51,736 nucleotides of DNA from Candidatus Cloacimonadota bacterium. GTDB taxonomy: Bacteria; Cloacimonadota; Cloacimonadia; Cloacimonadales; JAMOQM01. Below are positions 19,324 through 27,035 of this stretch, one piece after another. Positions within the stretch are counted from its first letter, which is position 1; each line of letters opens with the position of its first letter. Position numbers and translations under genes: made by a program. The stretch lies in the NCBI GenBank assembly GCA_027064005.1, contig JAMOQM010000051.1:1-51736 (forward strand), written 5' to 3'. The notes beneath the pieces were generated by a model that saw only the letters and a program-made list of their open reading frames with translations, was not told where the DNA came from and ran no database searches.

Positions 19324-20313
19324 ATGTCTTTAGTAATTAACCATAACCTTATGTCTATGAACACTGCGAGAAATTTAAACAATTCGTATAATAGTTTGGC
19401 AAAATCCGTACAAAGATTATCTACAGGTATGAGAATCAATTCTGCTGCCGATGATGCCGCCGGATTGGCTATTAGAGAAGGAATGAGATCTGATATTTCA
19501 GCACTGAATCAAGGTGTAAGAAATGCTCAAGATGGTATTTCGATGATTCAAACTGCAGAAGGAGCTCTCGGGGTAGTTGATGAAAAACTAATTCGTATGA
19601 AAGAGTTGGCAGAACAAGCTGCAACCGGTACTTATACAAACGCTCAAAGATTAATCATTCATTCGGAATTTTCTGCAATGGCTGCAGAAATAGACAGAAT
19701 CGCAACTTCCACAGATTTCAACGGTGTAAAATTATTGGACGGTAACGTTTCCGTAGCCGGAAATGGTGGTCAATGGACAGCCAATAATACATGGAGTGCA
19801 ACAGAAGGATTGTGGACAAATAGTAGCGGATGGAAAGAAGTTACCGGCAATGCAACCAATGGCAATATTACAGGTGGAGTGAAAATTCACTTTGGTGCCG
19901 GAAATAATCGTGCCGAAGATTATTACTTTGTTCGTTTAGGAGATATGAGAACGACTTCATTATTCGCAAGTAGCGGAACAACTGTCAGCTCAGCAACTAG
20001 TGCAGCCAATACAATTGCGGTATCAACACAACATGCAGCTCAAATAGCTCTTGAACAATTGAATACAGCAATGACAAGAAAAGAAAACATGCGAGCATCA
20101 CTTGGTGCTGTTCAAAATCGTCTTGAAAACACTATTTCGAACATTTCAATTCAGTCTGAGAATTTACAAGCTTCCGAGTCTCGTATTTCTGATGTTGATG
20201 TAGCAACAGAAATGACGAATTTCACAAGAAATCAAGTATTGACTCAATCAGCTGTAGCAATGCTTTCCCAAGCAAACTCATTACCTCAAATGGCATTGAG
20301 ATTACTCGGATAA
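19324..20313 (+). CDS. fliC: Flagellin (paralog 2)
   Basis: LSTGMRINSAADDAAGLAI, LGAVQNRLE, SRISDVDVATEM, LSQANSLPQ. Confidence 0.95.
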   Translation: MSLVINHNLMSMNTARNLNNSYNSLAKSVQRLSTGMRINSAADDAAGLAIREGMRSDISALNQGVRNAQDGISMIQTAEGALGVVDEKLIRMKELAEQAATGTYTNAQRLIIHSEFSAMAAEIDRIATSTDFNGVKLLDGNVSVAGNGGQWTANNTWSATEGLWTNSSGWKEVTGNATNGNITGGVKIHFGAGNNRAEDYYFVRLGDMRTTSLFASSGTTVSSATSAANTIAVSTQHAAQIALEQLNTAMTRKENMRASLGAVQNRLENTISNISIQSENLQASESRISDVDVATEMTNFTRNQVLTQSAVAMLSQANSLPQMALRLLG

Positions 20314-20339
20314 ATTAGAAAAACAGCATTTAATTATAC

Positions 20340-20364
20340 AGGGGAATAAAAAATTCCCCTTTTT
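20340..20364 (+). terminator. Intrinsic terminator after flagellin 2
   Basis: AGGGGAAT-aaaaa-ATTCCCCT-TTTT. Confidence 0.8.
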
Positions 20365-20413
20365 AATATAAACAATTTAACAATTATGAAAACGAATACT
20401 ACGAAAGTCAGTA

Positions 20414-20422
20414 TGTTATAAT
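20414..20422 (+). promoter_or_regulatory. Putative extended -10 sigma70 promoter of flagellin 3
   Basis: TG-T-TATAAT, downstream of the fla2 terminator and just 5' of the structured leader. Confidence 0.45.
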
Positions 20423-20438
20423 TTTATGACGTGTAGGT

Positions 20439-20560
20439 TAGTTCCTCATTTTTTTGGTTCGGTAAAATAGTCTGGTAAAACAATAGAAATGCTGAGATGA
20501 TAAATTAAGGATTAGTCCTTAACTTGGCAAGGATGCCACTAACCGATCAAGGAGGAATTA
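20439..20560 (+). promoter_or_regulatory. Structured 5' leader of flagellin 3 (anti-SD long hairpin with embedded CsrA site)
   Basis: Nested pairings 20439-47/20552-60, 20454-63/20542-50, 20468-77/20534-41, 20490-96/20523-29, 20505-11/20516-22. Alternative CsrA hairpin TGGCA-AGGA-TGCCA at 20525-38. Confidence 0.7.
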
Positions 20561-21549
20561 TGTCACTCGTAATAAACCACAATATGATGGCCATGAATTC
20601 AGCAAGAAACTTAAACAAGTCTTATAACAGTTTGTCTAGGTCAGTTCAACGCTTATCAACAGGAATGAGAATCAATTCGGCAGCAGATGATGCAGCAGGA
20701 TTGGCAATTCGTGAAGGTATGCGTTCGGATATCGCGTCATTGAATCAAGGTGTAAGAAATGCTCAAGACGGTATTTCATTGATTCAGACGGCAGAAGGTG
20801 CACTCGGTGTTGTTGATGAAAAACTCATTCGTATGAAAGAGTTGGCTGAACAAGCAGCAACCGGTACCTATACTAATGCTCAGAGATTAATTATCCATTC
20901 TGAATTTTCTGCAATGGCTGCAGAAATTGACAGAATCGCAACTTCAACGGATTTTAACGGTGTTAAGTTGTTAAACGGTAATGTTTCCGTAGCAGGTAGT
21001 GGAGGTAGTTGGACAACCAACAATACATGGAGTGCAACTGAAGGAATGTGGACAAATAGCAGCGGATGGAAAGAAGCTAACGGTACTGCAGCCAATGGAA
21101 ACATAAAAGGTGGAGTAAAAATTCACTTTGGAGCAGGAAATAACCGTGCAGAAGATTACTATTTCGTAAGAATTGGCGATATGAGAACAACATCATTATT
21201 TGCAGCAACCGGAACAGCTGTTAGTTCGGCAACTTCAGCGGCAAATACAATTGCAGTTTCAACTCAACATGCAGCTCAAATGGCTCTTGAACAATTGAAT
21301 ACGGCAATGACAAGAAAAGAGAACATGCGTGCTTCTCTCGGTGCTGTTCAAAATCGTCTTGAAAACACTATTTCAAACATTTCGATTCAGTCTGAAAATT
21401 TACAAGCTTCCGAGTCTCGTATTTCTGATGTTGATGTAGCAACAGAAATGACGAATTTCACAAGGAATCAAGTATTGACTCAGTCTGCTGTAGCAATGCT
21501 TTCACAAGCAAACTCGTTACCACAAATGGCACTTAGACTTATCGGATAG
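20560..21549 (+). CDS. fliC: Flagellin (paralog 3)
   Basis: Near-identical to paralog 2. Start set to ATG 20560 (SD GGAGG, MSLVINHN) rather than TTG 20524. Confidence 0.95.
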   Translation: MSLVINHNMMAMNSARNLNKSYNSLSRSVQRLSTGMRINSAADDAAGLAIREGMRSDIASLNQGVRNAQDGISLIQTAEGALGVVDEKLIRMKELAEQAATGTYTNAQRLIIHSEFSAMAAEIDRIATSTDFNGVKLLNGNVSVAGSGGSWTTNNTWSATEGMWTNSSGWKEANGTAANGNIKGGVKIHFGAGNNRAEDYYFVRIGDMRTTSLFAATGTAVSSATSAANTIAVSTQHAAQMALEQLNTAMTRKENMRASLGAVQNRLENTISNISIQSENLQASESRISDVDVATEMTNFTRNQVLTQSAVAMLSQANSLPQMALRLIG

Positions 21550-21588
21550 TTAGGTTCGGAAGAGATAGCACTATCACAGTAAAATTTC

Positions 21589-21617
21589 TCAAAAGGAGAA
21601 ACTCTTTTGAACATTTT
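21589..21617 (+). terminator. Possible weak terminator after flagellin 3
   Basis: TCAAAAG(G)AG-aaa-CTCTTTTGA followed by ACATTTT. Confidence 0.45.
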
Positions 21618-21640
21618 GGAAACACTCTGTAAAAAGTCTA

Positions 21641-21669
21641 TTGACAAAAAACTATTCGGCGAGTAAATT
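21641..21669 (+). promoter_or_regulatory. Sigma70 promoter with no downstream ORF
   Basis: TTGACA-17 nt-TAAATT. Confidence 0.65.
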
Positions 21670-21674
21670 AAGAT

Positions 21675-21797
21675 AAAGAAAACGAAGTAAATGTGATCTT
21701 GGCAAATCTACTGTGGCAATGTCATAGGGAACTATGATGTTGAGAGTGCTAGGCTAACCGAACCAGATGGGTAGGTACAAATCTGCCCATCATTTTT
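21675..21797 (+). ncRNA. Putative ~120-nt small RNA complementary to the flagellin-3 leader and 3' UTR
   Basis: Promoter, internal 11-bp hairpin with GGAA loop (21717-42), terminator, no ORF, and GC-richer than its flanks. Confidence 0.6.
21766..21797 (+). terminator. Intrinsic terminator of the putative sRNA
   Basis: GATGGGTAGGT-acaa-ATCTGCCCATC-ATTTTT; U-tract on the + strand only. Confidence 0.75.
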
Positions 21798-21826
21798 AAA
21801 TATGCACAAAAAATGTTCTAATGTTT

Positions 21827-22723
21827 TTATATTAGTTTTTTCTTAAATAAATGTATTTTATCGTAAACGACAAAACCATTTCGAGAAAAAGCTTTAATCA
21901 TAGGATTGTTGCAAAAATCTGTTTCAGCAATAATCCTTTTTTTATTTTTTAACTTTTCAATTGAATGTAGTATTAGTTCGTCGATAAATCTATTTCCTCT
22001 CATTTTAGGAATAATCCCGATATAACTTATTGAACCGGTGTCTTTATTTTCTATTTGAGAAATTATTAAGCCCACCAATTTATTTTTCCAAAAAGCCAAT
22101 TCCCATAAATTTGGAATAAAATTTTGAGATTTCAACTCTTTAAAATACTCTATTGAAGATTTTTTTGAGCCATATTTTTTATGATATTCAATATCTTCAT
22201 TATCCAAGGAATTTGAACTAATTTTTCGGAGGGTCCGGATAAAAGTTTCTTCTCCAACAAGATTAATGGATTTAAAATCAAAATTTTCAAAATCACTTTT
22301 TTGTCTTGTTTCTAAAATTAATTTCAATTTAGTTTGAGTTTTTTTGAAATTAGAAGCTTCTAAAATTTCCATAATATTTTCAAAGAAAGGAGTATTACTT
22401 TCAGAAAAATAAAATTCTATTTCACTAAATTTATTTTTGCTTAAAATATTATTAATAGCTTTCATTAAAAAAAACAACCCGTAAAGCTTTAAAAATTTCT
22501 TATCGATTGAAGCAAAATTATAAATTAAAGCGATTTTATCGTTTTCCGGTTCAACACAAAAAATCAATCCTAGAATCGGTTTATTTTCTAAATAAAATGT
22601 TAAGATTAAATCATTTTGGGTATAAGATTTATCAATCAAATAATTTATTTCACTTTTAGATATCACTTTCGCTAAAAAAAGATAATCTTTAATTTGACCT
22701 GTTTTAATCAGAGAATTTTCCAA
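21827..22723 (-). CDS. GNAT family acetyltransferase
   Basis: C-terminal ISYIGIIPKMRGN and N.PM..AF...GF motifs. Confidence 0.7.
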   Translation of the reverse strand: MENSLIKTGQIKDYLFLAKVISKSEINYLIDKSYTQNDLILTFYLENKPILGLIFCVEPENDKIALIYNFASIDKKFLKLYGLFFLMKAINNILSKNKFSEIEFYFSESNTPFFENIMEILEASNFKKTQTKLKLILETRQKSDFENFDFKSINLVGEETFIRTLRKISSNSLDNEDIEYHKKYGSKKSSIEYFKELKSQNFIPNLWELAFWKNKLVGLIISQIENKDTGSISYIGIIPKMRGNRFIDELILHSIEKLKNKKRIIAETDFCNNPMIKAFSRNGFVVYDKIHLFKKKLI

Positions 22724-22950
22724 AATATTACCTCATATTCAAAATTATTTGGTTTCCATATTTACACATTAAATCAAACTATTTTGTGATTTCATCTGTC
22801 AAATAAATTTTCTATAATCTTACAGATAATGACAACGAAGACAGTTCAAAAAGAAATAGTTTATTAAATATATTGACGAGGAATTGCCAAATTGAAAAAA
22901 TAAATTAGTCTTGACGTATTTATAATACCAAAGTCAATTCAAAAAAATAT

Positions 22951-23568
22951 TTGGAGTTAATTATGGTTCAGGAAATCTTTAAAGCTTTCAGCAACGCAGT
23001 AAAATTAATCACTGAATTTACCTCTGACAAAAACAATATTCAAAAGACATTAGATATATCATTTGAAATTGCCGAAGCATTTAAGCGTGGCAATAAAGTT
23101 TTAGTTTGTGGAAATGGTGGAAGCATGGCAGATGCTGATCATTTCGCTGAAGAATTTACCGGTCGTTTTAGATCAAATAGAGAAGCATTACCGGTTATTT
23201 CTTTATCAAATTCCTCCCATTTAAGTTGCGTCTCAAATGACTTTGGTTTCAAATATGTTTTCGCACGAGAAATTGAAGCTTTCGGAAAACCGGGCGACAT
23301 TTTAATCGGATTATCAACAAGCGGGAATTCTGAAAATATTGTTTTAGCACTTAGAAAAGCACAAAAAATGGGATTAAAAACGATAGGATTATTAGGGAAA
23401 AACGGTGGAGAAGCGAGACATTTTTCTGATATGGGATTTATTATCCAAGGAGAAACATCCGATAGAATCCAAGAGGTTCACATGACAATTCTTCATATAA
23501 TAATTGAAGGTGTTGAGAGAATTTTGTTCCCTGAACTTTATCCTGTAAAAAATCAAGAGGTTGAGTAA
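22951..23568 (+). CDS. gmhA: D-sedoheptulose 7-phosphate isomerase
   Basis: CGNGGS.ADA.H...E, SNDFG, STSGNS, RIQEVH; likely start ATG 22963. Confidence 0.92.
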   Translation: MELIMVQEIFKAFSNAVKLITEFTSDKNNIQKTLDISFEIAEAFKRGNKVLVCGNGGSMADADHFAEEFTGRFRSNREALPVISLSNSSHLSCVSNDFGFKYVFAREIEAFGKPGDILIGLSTSGNSENIVLALRKAQKMGLKTIGLLGKNGGEARHFSDMGFIIQGETSDRIQEVHMTILHIIIEGVERILFPELYPVKNQEVE

Positions 23569-24572
23569 TGCAAAAAATAGCGGCAATTGATATAGGTTCC
23601 TATCAAATAAAAATACTTTTTGGTGAAAAAACGAAAGAAGGTGAATTTGTCGGACACGCATATTCTTTTGCATATCCGGCTTTTAGTGATTTAGACCCTC
23701 TTAAAGAAAAAATAATTTACGATTCTTTTTATGAGAAGAATCAGCATTTCATTATCGAAATATTAAAAATGATTAAAGATAAATATCTGAAAAATAGCAA
23801 AAATATTGCCTCCTTTAATTCCAAATTTGGAAAAATCTTTGTTGAAGTTATTGAGACTGAAAGTAAAAAGAAACTAAAATTAAAAGGCGATATTTATTCC
23901 GAAAAATTAATGAGTGAAAACTGTTATGCCGCTTCAAAAATAATCGGTTATAACAAAGTTACTAAAAAAGGTGAGATGTTAATTTATTCTTATCAAATAG
24001 ATCAATTTAGACAATTTCAATCAATTTTAGAAGACAGTGAAATAAAGATTGATGAGATAGATTTCGATTCCTTAAGTCTGGTTAATTTTTTAGAAAACTA
24101 TTTTACTATAAATGATAATGCTTTGGTTATTGATTGCAGTGCAAGTAAAACTACCTTTATTTATTATAGCCAAAAAAGATTAAAATACATCGATGTTCAA
24201 GATTTTAAAAGTGATGATATTTTTTATCGAATGAGTCTTAGAACAGGAGAAAAATTCCACAAGTTAAAACAATTTTTATTTAGTGATAACAATCCTTATG
24301 ATAAGATAGTTGAATTGGATACTCAAGATCTTTTATCTCCATATATCAGAAGAATTCAAGCCTATCTTAGAAAGTTAAACATAAAACAAGAATTTAAGAT
24401 ATATTTAACCGGCGGATCAATTTTAATCCCGGATTTTGTAACTCATTTACAATCTGTCCTTGAAAAAGATGTTGATATCTTATATCCCGGCAGAGTTTTA
24501 CCTTATGTTACATTTCACCAACCTGAGCAATTATTTGCCAATGTATCAGGATTATTAATGAGGAAATTATGA
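23568..24572 (+). CDS. PilM/FtsA-like actin-fold protein
   Basis: AIDIGSYQIK, LVIDCSASKT, IYLTGGS. Confidence 0.6.
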   Translation: MQKIAAIDIGSYQIKILFGEKTKEGEFVGHAYSFAYPAFSDLDPLKEKIIYDSFYEKNQHFIIEILKMIKDKYLKNSKNIASFNSKFGKIFVEVIETESKKKLKLKGDIYSEKLMSENCYAASKIIGYNKVTKKGEMLIYSYQIDQFRQFQSILEDSEIKIDEIDFDSLSLVNFLENYFTINDNALVIDCSASKTTFIYYSQKRLKYIDVQDFKSDDIFYRMSLRTGEKFHKLKQFLFSDNNPYDKIVELDTQDLLSPYIRRIQAYLRKLNIKQEFKIYLTGGSILIPDFVTHLQSVLEKDVDILYPGRVLPYVTFHQPEQLFANVSGLLMRKL

Positions 24573-25156
24573 GTAGATATTCATTAGATTTAAACGAGAA
24601 AAAATCATCTTCAAAAACAAATTTATACATTTTTATAGGAGTTTTTGTTGTTTCATTAATATTAATTTTTTCTATAGGTTATTTATTGAAGCATAAAAAA
24701 ACACAAATTACACCTAAAAAGACAATCACAAAAGTAGCAAAAAAATCATCGCAAAAACAACAAAACGCACCGAAAGTTAAATCAAACAAAATAGAAAAAA
24801 AAGCGAAAAAAATATCTAAAAAGAAAATAGAAAAACCGGTAAAAAAACATCCGAAGAAGATTGTAAAAAAAACAAAATTAAAACCGAAAAAATATCTGAA
24901 AAAAAATAGAAAGACATATACAAAGAAAAAAAATGTAAATAATATCTTATTCAAGAATGACTTAAATGGAGCTAAAATTTCAGGTGTTGCGTTGGCAAAA
25001 GGTATTTCACCAACTGTATTTATCAAACAAAATGGTTCGACAAAAACATATCATATTGGCGATAAATTTGAAAATTATACCATTAAAGAAATTCATCGAA
25101 CCTATATTTTAGTTGTTAACGGAGCTAAGGTTGTTCATCTAAATTATCTTCAATAG
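24569..25156 (+). CDS. Bitopic membrane protein, Lys-rich linker + PilP/GspC-like C-terminal domain
   Basis: One TM; ISGV....P.VFI......YHIGD.F..Y.IKEI....ILV pattern. Confidence 0.5.
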   Translation: MSRYSLDLNEKKSSSKTNLYIFIGVFVVSLILIFSIGYLLKHKKTQITPKKTITKVAKKSSQKQQNAPKVKSNKIEKKAKKISKKKIEKPVKKHPKKIVKKTKLKPKKYLKKNRKTYTKKKNVNNILFKNDLNGAKISGVALAKGISPTVFIKQNGSTKTYHIGDKFENYTIKEIHRTYILVVNGAKVVHLNYLQ

Positions 25157-25157
25157 A

Positions 25158-26570
25158 ATGAAATTTTATTTTACTTTATTTTTTCTGACATTTTCATTAA
25201 TAATTTTTGGAGCTGAATCACATCTAACCGATATCAGATTTGGCTCTTATAATAATAAAGAATTAATTTTAGCAAAAAACAAAAATGCCAACAAAACACG
25301 CTTCATTTTTGAATCTGATAAAAAATTAGTTTATGTTACAAAATTCGAAAACAACAAGTTTTTTATAGAAATTTCAAATTGCCAACGAAATCCCAAATCC
25401 GGCAAATATAAGATTAATAACGGCTTAGTTTCAGAGCTTTTATTTAACAATATAAAAAACAATATTTCCATCATAATTAAATTTGAAGGAACTTATCGGA
25501 AATCAAAAATTTTCTCAGTAAAAAATCCCAATAGATTAATCCTTGATTTATACGGAACACCCAACCTTAAGTTAAAAAAAGAGCCGATCTTAAAACCAAA
25601 ATCAACTTCTCAAAAAAAAAACAATAAGACAATTTCCTTTAAAAATTCTGAAAAGTTATACCTAAATTTAAACGATGTTCCAATTAGAAATATTATCAAA
25701 TTCTTCTCGGATTCCTGTAAAGATGATATTATTGCCGATAATTCCGTACGGGGAAAAGCAAGTTTAAGCATAAAAAATCAGACTTTAAAAACCGCCTTTG
25801 ATTTGTTTCTTATTTCTGAAAATCTTGAACTTATCAATCGTGAAGGAATTTTTTTGGTTAAGAAATTTAATTCGGAAGTAAAAGAAAACTCGGGAAATTC
25901 AATCTTAATAAAATATGCAAATCCTCAAAATATTTGCAAAATTCTCAATAATAAATTTGGAACAAATGATTTTTTGACTGATGACTTAAATCACAGCATT
26001 ATCATTCCTGAAAACATCGACACGCAAAAAATTGCTGATCTGATAAAAAAATACGATAGATTGATTTCCCGAAAAGTTAACTTTATTTCCGGATTTATTT
26101 CAGTAAAAGATTTGGCAAAAATTTCTTTAAATAATGAAAAGAAATACGCTCTTTTAGATAAAAATAAAACGCCGTTAATTCGATATCAAAGTAAAATATC
26201 CCAAAATTTATATTCTTCCATCACAAATAAAATTGATTTTTCAAAAAATAAATTTATTAATTCCGGATTTATTTTCCCACATAAAATTTCGATTAAAAGC
26301 GGTCCTGAAATAGCAATAAAATACTTCGGTGAAAATGACATTTTTTCATCATTAAAAATAAATTGGAATATCCTAACCAAAAAATATTCTAAAGTTGTTC
26401 AAGATAAAATTTATATAGAAAATCCTGATAATAAAAATATTCTCATTTGGAACAACTCATTTACAAAAAATCTTAAATTTGACAATTGGAATTTTGACAA
26501 TATTTCCTATCTAAAAGCAAAAAAAATGATTCCTGTTATTCTAATAGAATTTGAAAAAACTGAGAGGTAA
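25158..26570 (+). CDS. AMIN + secretin N0/N-domain protein with short divergent C-terminus (PilQ-like)
   Basis: Signal peptide; NPNRLILDL (AMIN); LNLNDVPIR...V.GK.SL (N0); IKYANP...NHSIII (N domain). Confidence 0.55.
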   Translation: MKFYFTLFFLTFSLIIFGAESHLTDIRFGSYNNKELILAKNKNANKTRFIFESDKKLVYVTKFENNKFFIEISNCQRNPKSGKYKINNGLVSELLFNNIKNNISIIIKFEGTYRKSKIFSVKNPNRLILDLYGTPNLKLKKEPILKPKSTSQKKNNKTISFKNSEKLYLNLNDVPIRNIIKFFSDSCKDDIIADNSVRGKASLSIKNQTLKTAFDLFLISENLELINREGIFLVKKFNSEVKENSGNSILIKYANPQNICKILNNKFGTNDFLTDDLNHSIIIPENIDTQKIADLIKKYDRLISRKVNFISGFISVKDLAKISLNNEKKYALLDKNKTPLIRYQSKISQNLYSSITNKIDFSKNKFINSGFIFPHKISIKSGPEIAIKYFGENDIFSSLKINWNILTKKYSKVVQDKIYIENPDNKNILIWNNSFTKNLKFDNWNFDNISYLKAKKMIPVILIEFEKTER

Positions 26571-26572
26571 AA

Positions 26573-27034
26573 TTGGAAATAATAGACTTCTTTTCAGAAA
26601 AATGTATTGTAAAATTAGATACTGAAGACAAGTTTGAATCTTTAAAAATTTTGGTTAATTTACTTTCAAAAAGCGACAAAGTAACTAATCAAAAGGCATT
26701 AGAAAAAGCAATTATCGATCGGGAAAATTTGATGAGTACCGGAATTGGATACGGAATTGCCATTCCTCACGCTCGTGAGAAATCAGTAAAAGATTTTATT
26801 ATTGCTTTAGGAATTCACAAAAATGGTATTTCCTATGAATCGATTGATGATAAACCTGTTCATCTAATTTTTATGATTGCATCACCGGAAAACAAAAATC
26901 GCGAATACATTATAATTATGTCTAAATTGAGTGTTATTTTGAAAGATACTGAATTACGAGAAAAGATTTTAGCTTCTGATTCCGAAAAAGAGATTTACCA
27001 AATTATTAGAAATAAATTAGCAACTTCAGAATAA
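26573..27034 (+). CDS. ptsN: PTS IIA (Ntr/fructose-type) protein
   Basis: RE..MSTGIG.GIAIPHAR, DDKPV.LIF. Confidence 0.75.
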   Translation: MEIIDFFSEKCIVKLDTEDKFESLKILVNLLSKSDKVTNQKALEKAIIDRENLMSTGIGYGIAIPHAREKSVKDFIIALGIHKNGISYESIDDKPVHLIFMIASPENKNREYIIIMSKLSVILKDTELREKILASDSEKEIYQIIRNKLATSE

Positions 27035-27035
27035 A

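Noticed and set aside
20524-20559. 12-aa N-terminal extension of flagellin 3 from TTG
   Set aside because: This stretch is the CsrA hairpin and SD; ATG 20560 matches the paralog start.
21550-21570. Group II intron domain V remnant (GGTTCGG)
   Set aside because: No GAGCCG 5' half and no intron-encoded protein.
21700-21765. c-di-GMP-I riboswitch (GGCAAA, GNRA loop, CCGA resemblance)
   Set aside because: The GACGCAAA junction and P2/P3 arrangement are missing, and no same-strand gene follows the terminator.
21552-21765. 6S RNA or SRP RNA
   Set aside because: The ends pair, but the centre holds a terminator-like hairpin and a promoter instead of a continuous rod. The SRP CAGG/AGCA internal loop is absent.
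20455-21765. Invertible DNA segment flanked by inverted repeats around fla3
   Set aside because: Matches are short, interrupted and rely on G-U pairs (RNA-type), and no recombinase is in the window.
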